From a virus, in IMG/VR virus record IMGVR_UViG_3300043256_000135, positions 12,450-76,449 of that record: a stretch of 64,000 nucleotides of DNA, one strand, 5' to 3'. A program made the position numbers and the translations under genes. Positions 33,752 to 44,002 of the stretch are shown piece after piece; positions within the stretch are counted from its first letter, which is position 1, and every line of letters starts with the position of its first letter. The notes beneath the pieces were generated by a model. That model was not told the DNA's origin, searched no databases, and saw nothing but the letters and a program-made list of their open reading frames with translations.

Positions 33752-36681
33752 TACTGGATCACCTGCTGGACTCGGTCTTTGTTACGAGCGAGGGCGTTGA
33801 TGATGGCTTCGTCAGCGCCACCGTCATTGATTGCGTTGGGAACATCGTCTTCACTCTGCACGTTCACGATCTGGATGTTGGGCGCGGGAGCCTGAGGCGC
33901 ATCCTTGGCGTTCGGCACAATGGTGCCCGCGCGGTCTGGCACGAACAGCTCCGGTCCGTTTTCGCCGACGATGAAGCTACGATTGGCTTGGACTGGTCCA
34001 CCCTCTTGCTTTCCAGGGAAGGGAAAAGGTCCCTGCCCAAAGGCTCGGCCGCTGGGGCCAAACACAGCACTGATGGCCTGCACGACCAATAGTCGTGCGA
34101 GGATGCGACCCAAGTCCGCAATAATTGATTTAGCAAGATCCTTGAACGAGAGTTTACCTTTCTCATTCAACTGCGCCAGTGCATCCGTGATGCTGTCCGC
34201 GAATACGTTTGCAACCTTTTCGCCGACAGAGGCCAGATCCTCGGCCTCTTGCTTCATCTTGATGAACGCTCGGGTGAACCCTTCTCCCAGCTCATTGCTA
34301 GCTTCCAAGCCCTTCAACTTTACGTTTTCCAGTTCCTTCGCTAGCTCTGCGGCACTTAGGCGGCCCTGATCAAACAAGGTCCGAAGCAAGTTCACCTGAT
34401 CGTTCAATGCCTGCTGCGACTTGATGCGCCGTTCCAGACGATCCAGTTGGCGTTCTTCTTTCTGGTGTTGACGTGCTAGCTCGCGCTCAAGCTCGATTTC
34501 TTTCCTTGTCTCAGTATTTAGCCGCCGCTTTCCGTTGATAACCCTATTGATTCGATTTTCGACATTCTTGGTAATCTTCTCGCCTTCTTCGCGCAGTTTA
34601 TTCTCCAACTCCATCTTGTCGGCAACTGTATCACCAATCTTGGCGCGCAGCTCCAGTGCCGTAAGTTCCTTCTCCAAGATCTCAAGGCTATTCAGCTGAC
34701 CCTCTAGCGCGGTAGGCACCAAGGCGTCCTGCATCGCCTGAAGTTCTATGTTGAACGCTTCTTGGCTGATGACGGTATCATCAAGCAAGCTCTTCAGTGC
34801 TGTCAACTCTTCATTGAACTTTTTCTGTGGACCAGTGATTCTTTCGAAAATACGCTGTCTCACTGCCAACTTCGTATTCCCCTCAATCAAGAGACGGATT
34901 CGTTCTTTCTCTTTAGGGGTAGGTAACGCCTCTTCTGCTTCTATTCGCTGAATTTGTTCGTCAAATTTGATCCGAATCTTATCTTCTTGTGTCAATGCTG
35001 CCAGCGCATCCCGACGCCGCTCCAACCTAGCGATAGCGGCCTCAGTGATATCGGCGCCTCGCCGCTCACGGTCGTTTGCTTCCCTCTGCGCGGCGGTCAC
35101 CTCCTGGGTGACATTTTTCTGAGCCTCTAGTCGTTTCTCCAGCTCTGCAAGTCTCGCAATTTGTGCGTCAGTTGCCTTCCCATCCTTGCCCTGACCGACT
35201 GCATTGATGCGGCTTTGTCGTGCTATGTCACGCATCAGTGTCAACTGTGCGGTGAATTCCTTGTTGACGAACTTTGAGTCCTCCTCAGTTCTGTTGAGAA
35301 TCTCGCCCAGCTCTTTCATGTTCGCGTTGTATTGCTGGACTGCGCGCACGAGTGGAATCATGGCTGCTCCTACAGCCAGGAAGGGCCCAACGGCCATTGC
35401 ACCACCGATAGAAGCCCTCAGGGCGACGAATGATGTTTGGGTCGCAAATACTTGAGCCCGAAGTGCAACCAAGGAAGCGACGGCTTTCGGGATGGCGGTT
35501 ACCAGGAGTACGTTGAAGGCTGCGATCAGCTTTCCAAGTCCCCCAAGGGCCAAAGCCACCAGAGCGACCTGGAGCAAATCTGCGTTTCTTGCGACAAGCC
35601 TAAACAGGTCAGTGAGTGTATCCAGGAATGCAATCGCCACGGGAGACGCGAACACCTCACCGACGGCAAGGTTGAAGCCCTCAAGTGCGGACTTCGCGCG
35701 GAACAATGCCCCACTCAGGGTCTGATCCATGATCTCTGCGACCCGCTTTGCCTCACCACCGGAATCCTTTAGGGCCTTGTTCAGCTTGCGGATCTTCGGA
35801 ATGTTATCCACCAGCACGGCGAAGGCCGGGCCACCACGTTGGCCGAACACCTCCAGGGCGTCGCCGGTATCGAAGCCGGCCAGCTTCAAGGTTTCGAGAG
35901 CATCTGTCAGGCTCACAACCGTCGGATCCACTTTCGAAAGCTGGATCTCGGCGGCGTTTAGAATGTCAGTCAGTTCACGCCCCGGGCTCGCCAGCTCGGC
36001 CAGGACCCGGCGCAGGCCGGTGCCGGCCAGGGTGCCCTTCAGGCCGGCGTCGGACAACGCGCCCAAGGCTGCGTTGGTGATCTCAAGCGTCTGACCCAGC
36101 CCCTTGGCAATGGGCGCCACGAACTTCAGAGCCTGCCCCAATTGGGACACGTTGGTATTGGCACTGTTCGCGGTCTCCGTCAACACGTCGGTGACGCGAG
36201 CAGTCTCTCGGGCTTGCAGCCCAAAGCCTCGCAAGGTGCTGGCAGTAATGTCGGCGGCCTCTGCCATCGCCAGCCCGCCCGCCTGGGCCAGGAGCAGGGT
36301 CTGCCCCACGGCCTCCATGGTCTCGGCCACGCTGAAGCCCGCTCGGGCCAACAGAACCATGGCGTCCGCGGCCTGGGTAGCCGAGAATCTGGTGGTAATG
36401 CCCAACTCTTGGGCACGGTCTCGAAGCACTTCGAACTCACCGGCCGTGGCCTTGGTCACCGCTCGGACGACAGCGATGGACTCCTCGAACTTGGCCATGT
36501 TCCGAATGGCGCCGAAGATGATGGCTCCACCGGCTAGGGCCGCAAACGTGAGCCCGAGGCTCTTCCGCACCCGGGCGGCCTGGGCCTCGATCTTCGTCAA
36601 CTGACGAGAAATCGGCCGCGTGCCCAAGGGCACCCGGCTCGGGTCGACGACGACCTGGATCCTAAATGTCTGCTCGGCCAC
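33751..36681 (-). CDS. Tape measure protein (TP901 family)
   Basis: TTRFSATQAADAM..LARAG, GLKGTLAGTGLR; C-terminal GGPV...IVGENGPELFVP. Confidence 0.93.
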   Translation of the reverse strand: MAEQTFRIQVVVDPSRVPLGTRPISRQLTKIEAQAARVRKSLGLTFAALAGGAIIFGAIRNMAKFEESIAVVRAVTKATAGEFEVLRDRAQELGITTRFSATQAADAMVLLARAGFSVAETMEAVGQTLLLAQAGGLAMAEAADITASTLRGFGLQARETARVTDVLTETANSANTNVSQLGQALKFVAPIAKGLGQTLEITNAALGALSDAGLKGTLAGTGLRRVLAELASPGRELTDILNAAEIQLSKVDPTVVSLTDALETLKLAGFDTGDALEVFGQRGGPAFAVLVDNIPKIRKLNKALKDSGGEAKRVAEIMDQTLSGALFRAKSALEGFNLAVGEVFASPVAIAFLDTLTDLFRLVARNADLLQVALVALALGGLGKLIAAFNVLLVTAIPKAVASLVALRAQVFATQTSFVALRASIGGAMAVGPFLAVGAAMIPLVRAVQQYNANMKELGEILNRTEEDSKFVNKEFTAQLTLMRDIARQSRINAVGQGKDGKATDAQIARLAELEKRLEAQKNVTQEVTAAQREANDRERRGADITEAAIARLERRRDALAALTQEDKIRIKFDEQIQRIEAEEALPTPKEKERIRLLIEGNTKLAVRQRIFERITGPQKKFNEELTALKSLLDDTVISQEAFNIELQAMQDALVPTALEGQLNSLEILEKELTALELRAKIGDTVADKMELENKLREEGEKITKNVENRINRVINGKRRLNTETRKEIELERELARQHQKEERQLDRLERRIKSQQALNDQVNLLRTLFDQGRLSAAELAKELENVKLKGLEASNELGEGFTRAFIKMKQEAEDLASVGEKVANVFADSITDALAQLNEKGKLSFKDLAKSIIADLGRILARLLVVQAISAVFGPSGRAFGQGPFPFPGKQEGGPVQANRSFIVGENGPELFVPDRAGTIVPNAKDAPQAPAPNIQIVNVQSEDDVPNAINDGGADEAIINALARNKDRVQQVIQ

Positions 36682-36687
36682 TTGGAA

Positions 36688-37065
36688 CTATTTCTTTTTT
36701 TTTCCTGCTTGCGCGAGGCGAGTGGCCTGCTGGTCGCGCGACCACTTCAAATATGCCTCATCCATCTCACGAAGCACGTGTTCGAAGACGCTACACATAG
36801 TATAATCCAGGCCCTTCTTTTCTCCATACAAAACGATTTTCGACCATGGGATCGGGCCGATGGCGGTACCGAAGTACCGCTCGCTGGAGAGAGCGTCGAA
36901 CGCTAGCAGATAGAGTTCATCCCCGCGCACCAGCGGGGGCTCCTCTTCGATGAACTTCTGGGCGCGGCCTCCGGTACCCCGGGCCTTTTGGTACTGGCCC
37001 GACTCTGACGCCCAGCCATCGCGCTGGTGAGTCAGTTCGTAGATGAGCCGCGCGGTTAGTTTCCC
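36688..37065 (-). CDS. Tail assembly chaperone GT extension (-1 frame)
   Basis: -1 frame open from the slippery site through ...LSSERYFGTAIGPIPWSKI...MDEAYL. Confidence 0.8.
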   Translation of the reverse strand, partial: GKLTARLIYELTHQRDGWASESGQYQKARGTGGRAQKFIEEEPPLVRGDELYLLAFDALSSERYFGTAIGPIPWSKIVLYGEKKGLDYTMCSVFEHVLREMDEAYLKWSRDQQATRLAQAGKKKK

Positions 37066-37511
37066 GCCAGCTCGTCGGCGTCAGGCGCCGGGATCTCGTC
37101 ATCGGCGTAGAACCGCGAAGGTGTGCTCGCTTCATTGCGCACGTCATCCATCAGCTCCAGGGGCAGCTGGTGGCATAGCTTCTGTGCGTTCTCTCGGGTA
37201 AAGGGCACGTGGCCGTTCTCGTCCAAGCCTTCGCCGTCGCCTTCGACGTTCTCCCAGCCCTTGATCACGTACCGGGGATACAGCACGCGGTCCTCATCGC
37301 GAGCCATGTCGATGTCAGCCGCCGTGACGGACTTCGACTTGAGGAGTTGGCGTTGACGCTGGCCACTCATTTTCAGCATCGCATTGTAGTACTGCGAGTT
37401 GCATTCGAGGGCGGGGGCCAGGAGCAGGACAGCCTTGGCGCCCAGGGCGGGCATAGAGAATCTCGTGACGGAGTTGCCGGAGAGGGTATACTTGTCCAGG
37501 TTCTTGAACAT
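37056..37511 (-). CDS. Tail assembly chaperone G
   Basis: Between tail tube and tape measure; ends ...AGN at G GGA AAC TAA. Confidence 0.85.
   Translation of the reverse strand: MFKNLDKYTLSGNSVTRFSMPALGAKAVLLLAPALECNSQYYNAMLKMSGQRQRQLLKSKSVTAADIDMARDEDRVLYPRYVIKGWENVEGDGEGLDENGHVPFTRENAQKLCHQLPLELMDDVRNEASTPSRFYADDEIPAPDADELAGN
37059..37065 (-). other. -1 ribosomal frameshift slippery heptamer GGGAAAC
   Basis: X XXY YYZ immediately before the stop; -1 frame joins the downstream ORF. Confidence 0.85.
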
Positions 37512-37535
37512 CGGTTCGGGTCCTTGTGTTACGGG

Positions 37536-39125
37536 TTAGGCGGTCGGCACGCGAGGGAAGAGGCTGATGCCTAGCGACACGTTCGGGATGGTCCCGTCCG
37601 GATCGTTGAATGCTTCGCCAGTGACGTTGACTAACACGGACTGATCTACCGGGTATTCCCGGTCTCCACCGCCGAAGGTCAGCGCCGGAAGATCGAGCGC
37701 CAGGGCGCCGTCTTCATTGTCCAGGATGGCTGCGAACGTCACTGTGGTATTCGCCTTGATGGCGTCAACAATCTCCGAGTTGGTGAAGAGCATCTGGCCT
37801 TCCAGGTTTACCTCGAATAGGCCGGCGTTCACAAAGGAAGCGCCCAGTGTACCCAGGCAGTTCTCGGGGGTCACATTGTTGCGGATGGTCAGCGTCAGGC
37901 TCTTGAAGCATACATCCGACGCCAGGGTGATGAGGTCGGTCGTTAGGCTAACAATGTCGCTGGCCGTATTCAGTGCAACGGTTCGCAGTGGGCTGACACC
38001 CGCGTCCGCATCGGTCTTCCGCGTGGTCGTAATGTCATCGGCATTGGTGCCGATGAAGCCCCAGGTAGCAACAGCCTTGTCGTTCAGCGGCAGGCTCAGG
38101 GCCAGCTCATTCGCGAAGTTGCCGATTGCGTACTCGTACTCATCGGTGCCAGCTCCGCCCAGGTCGGGGAAGACAGCCTCGAACTGGTAGCTGCGCTCCA
38201 GGTAGCGGCTGTCATCCGCATCCGCGGTCACTGCAACGTTGCGCAGGAAGCGGCCGAACAGGATGTCACAATCGCCTTCGCCCGTGTTATCGGCGCTTGC
38301 GCCGAGATTGGAATCCAGCTTGTCCAGGTTCAGCGTGGCAGTGCTGATGCTAGTGATGCGCGCATAACCGTAGGTGTCTTCCGACGCCGAGGCTTTCAAA
38401 GCGTTGATCACAGCACCCGCACTAGATGCTCCACCTATGTGGATAAACTGTCCAGGCAGCAGGCCCAGGACGGTCCAGTCGGCCACGTCCGCGGCCGAGA
38501 CCAGCGTGGCGGTCGAACCGGACTTCGTGAACGTTAGGTCGGTATCACCGATTCGAATGCCGGCCACTTGCAGACTTGCGCTGGTAGCGGGCGTTTCAGT
38601 TACTAGAGTACTTGCGACCTGAATGGTCGTATCAGTCGAGGCTACGTCAGCATTCAGTTCGTGGATATCGTTGTTCGCGGCATTGGTATAGCCCTTGGCA
38701 TAAACCAGGCTTCGGCCAGCTGCGGCGACAAATACCATTTTGGCGGCAAGTCCAACGCTAACGCTGTCTACGGTGAAGTCATCCGTGGTCCCGACGGCCG
38801 GCGGCGGGATCGTGCCCGTACCGTCCTTTAGGTCGAACCCAACATTGGCATACTCAGCGAAGACAAAGCCTTCGGCGAAGTCTTCAAAGGACTCCATCGT
38901 GAGATCGGCCTCGAACTCTACCGCGCTCTCCAGGTTGACCACGGTGCCCTTCTTGCGACCTCGCTGGATAGCGATAGGACGACGTGCGACAGTCGTGATG
39001 GAGGCACCGTATGCGCTGATGGTATTCGGCTCCAGCAGGAACCACAGCGGAGAACCCGGCAGGACACCGATCGAGGTTTCGACCGTGTACTGCAAGACCA
39101 CGTTGTTCGTAAGCACTCTCGCCAT
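37536..39125 (-). CDS. Major tail tube protein with large insertion
   Basis: 529 aa; N- and C-terminal tube-like segments (VARRPI...KKGTVVNLES; LTIRNNV...LG...G.FEV). Confidence 0.82.
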   Translation of the reverse strand: MARVLTNNVVLQYTVETSIGVLPGSPLWFLLEPNTISAYGASITTVARRPIAIQRGRKKGTVVNLESAVEFEADLTMESFEDFAEGFVFAEYANVGFDLKDGTGTIPPPAVGTTDDFTVDSVSVGLAAKMVFVAAAGRSLVYAKGYTNAANNDIHELNADVASTDTTIQVASTLVTETPATSASLQVAGIRIGDTDLTFTKSGSTATLVSAADVADWTVLGLLPGQFIHIGGASSAGAVINALKASASEDTYGYARITSISTATLNLDKLDSNLGASADNTGEGDCDILFGRFLRNVAVTADADDSRYLERSYQFEAVFPDLGGAGTDEYEYAIGNFANELALSLPLNDKAVATWGFIGTNADDITTTRKTDADAGVSPLRTVALNTASDIVSLTTDLITLASDVCFKSLTLTIRNNVTPENCLGTLGASFVNAGLFEVNLEGQMLFTNSEIVDAIKANTTVTFAAILDNEDGALALDLPALTFGGGDREYPVDQSVLVNVTGEAFNDPDGTIPNVSLGISLFPRVPTA

Positions 39126-39174
39126 GACTAATTACTCCGTTGCCAATTCAGCTTGGCTTTCTGCTCGTCAGCCT

Positions 39175-39582
39175 TCATTTCAGCTCAGTGTATGAAAAGA
39201 AACATTCCACATTGATCTGGTAGAAATCATCGCCCGCCCCGATTTCAATCGGAGCCGCAGCTGTGAATCGGACGCCCGTGAGGGTCTTTCCTTCGAAAAT
39301 ACCCATGGCGACTTGCGCTAGAGTATCGGCCCCTTCGGCCCCATCTTCAAGGGGCGAGAAACACTGGATGATGGCCGTGCCCACGGATTCGAACTTCCGA
39401 AGGCCCACGCCGCCCAGGGACTCCTGGGCCCTTCCGGCGTGCCGGACCACCAGGCGGGCCCAGGCTTCAAGTTCCGGAGGATCGAAGTGCTCATTGTCCA
39501 GGGTCAGATGTGCCGTATCAAGCCCTGCGTCGGCTAGGTAGGCCGTATAGATGATTCCGCGCGCTTCGTTGAGAGTCGTCAT
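39175..39582 (-). CDS. Tail terminator-like protein
   Basis: DNEHFDPP..WARL, G..IIQCFSP; position. Confidence 0.75.
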   Translation of the reverse strand: MTTLNEARGIIYTAYLADAGLDTAHLTLDNEHFDPPELEAWARLVVRHAGRAQESLGGVGLRKFESVGTAIIQCFSPLEDGAEGADTLAQVAMGIFEGKTLTGVRFTAAAPIEIGAGDDFYQINVECFFSYTELK

Positions 39583-39992
39583 CTGCCTACCAAATCAACC
39601 CGAATGGCCTTGATAATGCCCCGGCGGATGAAGCCCGCGGGGGCCTGTTTGCTGCTCCCGGCATCTAGTTTGAGGATGTAAGGGACGTTGTTCGTAATGT
39701 GGACGGGTCCCCGGGCCAGCTTGTATTCTGTCACCACCTGGGCGACCCCTGCCGCACTGGCGCCCGACAGTTGGCCGGCCTCCGCTTGGGCCCGGGTGCC
39801 CGCCGTCTGATCCAAGGCGCTGCCGATGTTGGGCACCCAGTTGGCTCGGGCCCAACCGGTGAGCACTGGGGTGCCGCCTTCACTGGGAGCCGCTTGGAGG
39901 TTGGCGACGATATCCAGGACCAGCTTTTTGATAATCTGCTCGACGAACCGATTCAGGCCCGCAATCACTACGCGCACACGCCGGCTGACCAC
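39579..39992 (-). CDS. Neck/tail completion protein (HK97 gp10-like)
   Basis: TPVLTGWARANW, NNVPYI..L..GSSKQAPAGF. Confidence 0.82.
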   Translation of the reverse strand: MVSRRVRVVIAGLNRFVEQIIKKLVLDIVANLQAAPSEGGTPVLTGWARANWVPNIGSALDQTAGTRAQAEAGQLSGASAAGVAQVVTEYKLARGPVHITNNVPYILKLDAGSSKQAPAGFIRRGIIKAIRVDLVGR

Positions 39993-40487
39993 TCACTCTA
40001 GCTCCGCTGCTTTTGCAGCTACGCGCTTCTCCCGCGCTTTACGATTGCGCTCCACGCGCTTGGCTTCGGCCTTCTTGTCCGCCGCGCGCTTCTCCCGCGC
40101 CTTGCGGTTGCGGTCTTCGCGCGCTTGATCCTTCTCGACCTGATCCCATGCTTTCTCGGCGGGGACGTTGGGTTCGATCACCTCGTCGATCAGCTTCTCA
40201 ACGGTATCGAGGCCGGCTTCCTCCTGCTCCAGGACGGCGACAGGGGCCTCGCTGCGCGTCTGCAACGCTAGCCGGCGCTGCGCCTCAACCGGCTTGAAGT
40301 CGGCCTGCTCTAGAGTGCCGTTCTCGAACCACCGGCGAAGACGGTTCAGGCCCAGCTTCTCGCGCTGTGCCTGTGAGATGATCTCGCCGGGCAGGACAAA
40401 AGGCTTCTTGGGGTCGTCGCCCATACGGAGGCGGCGTTTCGCGACAAGATCCGCTGTGGGATCCCAGTGTTGTTTCCAGTGTCTCAT
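39993..40487 (-). CDS. Hypothetical protein with basic C-terminal repeat
   Basis: RNRKAREKR twice. Confidence 0.7.
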   Translation of the reverse strand: MRHWKQHWDPTADLVAKRRLRMGDDPKKPFVLPGEIISQAQREKLGLNRLRRWFENGTLEQADFKPVEAQRRLALQTRSEAPVAVLEQEEAGLDTVEKLIDEVIEPNVPAEKAWDQVEKDQAREDRNRKAREKRAADKKAEAKRVERNRKAREKRVAAKAAELE

Positions 40488-40496
40488 GATGCGGGT

Positions 40497-41066
40497 TTAG
40501 CTGATTCCGTTGCCCATGTCGATGACGTAGAAGTCGATAGTGCCGGCCGCCGTCACCGTGTCGTCGACTGTTACCGGAGTCGGCAGGCCGATGTTCAGGT
40601 ACATCTTATTCGTGGCCGAGTCGGCCAACTGCTTCGGGAAGGTCGCGGTCGACTGTCCCAAGACGTTGACTTGCAGCGCCGGGGTGAGATCACTCGCGTC
40701 CAGGTCCTGCTTTTCCAGGTAGTCGATCATGGTCGTGGCGAGCGTCTGAGCCGAAGCCGCCGCGGAGCCGATGCCCACGTCCAGGTCGGTGGCCGCAACG
40801 ATGCCCGTAGCGGTGTTGCCCTTGGTCAGCTCCAGGTCAACTTCCATGCCGAGGATGTGCAGGTTCCGGTCTGGCCACGTCAGCAGCTGAACGCTACCAT
40901 AGTCGAGGGCGGCCGTGATGGTGACCACTTGGGCCGTCAGCTTCAGCGTCACCTTCTGGGCTGTTACCAGCTGGTAGTCAACGCCATTGGTGGAAAATGG
41001 AACGACGAGGGGAGAACCGTCACGCAGTTGGCTAGAACGGCCCTGTTGTCTGGTCTTGAAACTCAT
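40497..41066 (-). CDS. Putative head decoration protein
   Basis: Beta-rich; paralogous to the C-terminal domain of 44418-45146. Confidence 0.6.
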   Translation of the reverse strand: MSFKTRQQGRSSQLRDGSPLVVPFSTNGVDYQLVTAQKVTLKLTAQVVTITAALDYGSVQLLTWPDRNLHILGMEVDLELTKGNTATGIVAATDLDVGIGSAAASAQTLATTMIDYLEKQDLDASDLTPALQVNVLGQSTATFPKQLADSATNKMYLNIGLPTPVTVDDTVTAAGTIDFYVIDMGNGIS

Positions 41067-41081
41067 TGGATCAGTGTAGGG

Positions 41082-41342
41082 TTAGGGCTTACGCAAGTAG
41101 AGAGCGACAAGTAGGGCTTGATCTGCAACGGTAGTACCTGTCGCTTCAATTCGAACATGCCTCAGTGGCAGCAAAGTACCGGCAGTCACAGTGACCGGAA
41201 CCTGCGTGGTATCTGGCCGGATCAACTGAACGATGCCCGCTTCTGGACACCAAAGAGCGTCAGCTTCACCACCCGCGTGCGCGGTATCCGATACGTTTAC
41301 AGCGTAGTGGCCATAAATCTGGGTGTTTACAACGCTCGTCAT
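41082..41342 (-). CDS. Head spike base protein (RcGTA Rcc01079-like)
   Basis: ALW...AG.V......V..GTLLPLR..RI.ATGTT; 86 aa. Confidence 0.65.
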   Translation of the reverse strand: MTSVVNTQIYGHYAVNVSDTAHAGGEADALWCPEAGIVQLIRPDTTQVPVTVTAGTLLPLRHVRIEATGTTVADQALLVALYLRKP

Positions 41343-41367
41343 GATGTTCGCCAGGGGTAAATGGGGT

Positions 41368-41389
41368 GGCCCGGCTATAGCTCCGGGCC
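41368..41389 (-). terminator. GC-rich hairpin after the capsid gene
   Basis: GGCCCGG-N8-CCGGGCC; no clear U-tract. Confidence 0.4.
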
Positions 41390-41395
41390 TTACGA

Positions 41396-42391
41396 TCAGT
41401 TGACGATCGTGATGTAGAACTGACCGAGGTCGGCCGAGACCAGCTTCTGGTCGAAGGCCATCTGGATCTCGATCATGTCGGACTCACGCTTCTCGTCGCG
41501 GATGCGCTTCACGCGCATGCCGAGAGCACCGGCGCCCAAGAGGCCGGTCCAAGAGAAGGTGTATCCGGCGCTCGGGACGTAGAGCCCGGGGCTCGGCGCG
41601 GAGTAGACCAGCAGAGCGGACTTGCCGCCGATGAGGTCGATGCTGTCCGCAGCACCTTCAGTTGCCGAGTTGACGACCGAGTCCATGACCAGAACCTCTT
41701 CCAGCTCGAAGAGGGCGGCCAAGTTCTGGCGCATGACGATGGCGGGGCCATTCGTCTGTCCACGGTCCAAGCGCCCGACGATGTCGGGGTGATCCAACAG
41801 AGCGTCGTAAACCTCGCGGCCCACGACCATCTTGTTGGGCCTGAAGCCCGTGCGTGCCTGCACCCGACGCTTACCGGCGCGAACGTCCTCAATCGGGGTC
41901 GAGTCCGCGCGGTCCCAGCGGCCTACCTCATTGGTAGACGGGGACGCGGAGTCAACACCGGTCTGGTCGGTCGTCCAGAGGCCGCTTCCGAAGAAGTCGG
42001 TGACCCACTGGAGTTCCTTCCGGATCATGCCCGCCTGAGACAGCCCTTCGGTCATCTCGCGGTCGGCCTGGAGCGGGGAATCGTAGTTCGCCCGGACCTG
42101 ATCGGCCAGCATCTCGTGCAGTGCCCACACATCGCAGGCGTAGCTGTCCGTGCTTACCTCGTGGGTGCGCTGAGCGGACAGGGCGCCGGGGGCGCGCTTT
42201 TTCATCTCGTCACGGAACCAAGCTCCGCGAGGGATGGTGAAGTACTTGTCAGTCTGCTTTGCGACGGACAAGACAGGGAAGACCCGATCAGCGATGAATG
42301 CCTCGGGGTTCTGAGCGAACGCGATTGCGATCGTGGTCAGTGGCCGATCGACATGAACGTCACCGCGACCCGGCTGGTTGATAGGTGCCAT
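41396..42391 (-). CDS. Major capsid protein (lambda gpE-like, HK97 fold)
   Basis: HVDRPLT.IAI, FIADRVFP, WD..DSTPIED, RPNKMVVG, PSAGYTF. Confidence 0.88.
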   Translation of the reverse strand: MAPINQPGRGDVHVDRPLTTIAIAFAQNPEAFIADRVFPVLSVAKQTDKYFTIPRGAWFRDEMKKRAPGALSAQRTHEVSTDSYACDVWALHEMLADQVRANYDSPLQADREMTEGLSQAGMIRKELQWVTDFFGSGLWTTDQTGVDSASPSTNEVGRWDRADSTPIEDVRAGKRRVQARTGFRPNKMVVGREVYDALLDHPDIVGRLDRGQTNGPAIVMRQNLAALFELEEVLVMDSVVNSATEGAADSIDLIGGKSALLVYSAPSPGLYVPSAGYTFSWTGLLGAGALGMRVKRIRDEKRESDMIEIQMAFDQKLVSADLGQFYITIVN

Positions 42392-42421
42392 GTTTCTGTT
42401 TCCTTAGGGGGTTGGGGTGAT

Positions 42422-42814
42422 TTACACTTGGCGTCCGGCCACGTGCAGGAGGATGCTGATGATGTCGCCATCAGCAGCAGCGGCTTCGAGTGCTCGGCCG
42501 TGACTGTACTTGCTTGCGCCGACAGTATTGGCTACCAGGGCCTTGCCCGTGGATCCTTGAGCACCGACAAGGTCGCCGACGGAGATTGCTTCTGCGGCTT
42601 CGATCTTCATGATCGCAGGCTGTCCACAGGGGGCCATCGCAAACAGGTCGCCATCAGCGGCTGCGGCTTCGGCGCTAACGCCTTCGGCCAGGAAGTCGTC
42701 CGTGCCGACGCCTACATCGTACTTGCCGTCGGACTGGAGAGAGACAAACCGGTAGATCGCAATTGCTTCGCCGGCCGTCGCGGAAAGAGTCTGGAGATTC
42801 TCGGCAGTTGCCAT
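42422..42814 (-). CDS. Capsid cement/decoration protein (DUF2190-like)
   Basis: A.EAI..YRFV, AAEAISVGD.V, GRALEAAAADGDII. Confidence 0.82.
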   Translation of the reverse strand: MATAENLQTLSATAGEAIAIYRFVSLQSDGKYDVGVGTDDFLAEGVSAEAAAADGDLFAMAPCGQPAIMKIEAAEAISVGDLVGAQGSTGKALVANTVGASKYSHGRALEAAAADGDIISILLHVAGRQV

Positions 42815-42832
42815 TTTCTTTTCCTCGGTAGA

Positions 42833-44002
42833 TTAGGAGCCGGCCAGCTGCGAGTGCAGCTTGAGGCCCTCGGGGGTATCCAGGGCTACCGTGTAGGCGC
42901 GCTCTGGGGAAAGGGTGGAATCGTTCTCCATGAGGCCCTTGGCGATGCCCGTGATCAGGGTATGAGCGTCGGCGCCTTCACCGTTGCCATCGTTGCTCGT
43001 GCCGAGCGTCTCGAACGCCTTGGCCATGCCCGCGTCCTTGGAGAGCAGAATTGCCGTGACGTCCTCGCGCTTCTCGACCGGAAGGGTCTCGATAGCTTCG
43101 AGCAGGTCAGCCTTCGGGCCGATCTCGCCGGTCAGGTGCTTCAGCTCTTCGCCGGCCTGCTTCTCGAACCCGGCGCGCTTCGCCAGCTTCTCGGACTTCT
43201 CGACGCGCTCTTCGGCCTTGTCCGCGCGCTGCGCAGCCTTGACCAGTCGTTGGTCGTCTGACTTGAGGAACCTATCGCCATCGCGCGAGGTGTAAACGAC
43301 GGGATCGGCTTCGGTCGCGTTCTTGACGATCGCGTCCTTGTCTTCGGACTTCAGGAACTCGCCCTGGCCCTCAGACTCCAGCCCGTCGAAATGGGCGCGC
43401 TGCTCGGGGGACAGCTTGACGATCTGCTCGGCACGCTCAGCGCGCTGCTCGGACTTCGCCAGCTCTTCGGGGGTGATCACCGTCTCTTCGGTGACCTTTT
43501 CTTTCTTCGACATGGTGATGTCTCCGGATTCGCCGAGGGGCTCGGCGGTAGCACTTGCCTGGGTTTCGTCTGACGCGAGCGAGGCAAGAAAGCCCTCGGC
43601 CAGTATTTCGTTGGTGATGCTTTCGTCGGCCTTGACCAGGGCGGATAGCCCGTGGCTGTGACCTTCTGCATCAGAAATGAGAATGTTGCCGGCATCGTCC
43701 ATGATCCAGTCGTGAACGTGGCCGTCGGCGAAGCTAGTCTGCCCAGCCTTCAGCTCGGCCATTCCCTCGCTGGACGCACTGATCAGCACGATGCTGTGGG
43801 AGTGCCCGCCGGTGAAGGTGGTCATAGCCAGCCGGTTTTTCTGGATTGGCTCCACGGTGACAGTATCCGCCGCACGCTTCAGGATTGCAATGCGTGCAGG
43901 ACCGTGGGCGGGGTTGTCCACAAGGCTGATTTCATCCAGGCGGAATTTCGATATCCGACGCCGCCGCTTGGGCTTGACCGGATCTTGTGCATGGCTGCTC
44001 AT
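42833..44002 (-). CDS. Scaffolding protein with N-terminal protease strand and His repeats
   Basis: LDEISLVDNPA, three GHxH repeats, acidic coiled coil; upstream of cement and capsid. Confidence 0.75.
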   Translation of the reverse strand: MSSHAQDPVKPKRRRRISKFRLDEISLVDNPAHGPARIAILKRAADTVTVEPIQKNRLAMTTFTGGHSHSIVLISASSEGMAELKAGQTSFADGHVHDWIMDDAGNILISDAEGHSHGLSALVKADESITNEILAEGFLASLASDETQASATAEPLGESGDITMSKKEKVTEETVITPEELAKSEQRAERAEQIVKLSPEQRAHFDGLESEGQGEFLKSEDKDAIVKNATEADPVVYTSRDGDRFLKSDDQRLVKAAQRADKAEERVEKSEKLAKRAGFEKQAGEELKHLTGEIGPKADLLEAIETLPVEKREDVTAILLSKDAGMAKAFETLGTSNDGNGEGADAHTLITGIAKGLMENDSTLSPERAYTVALDTPEGLKLHSQLAGS

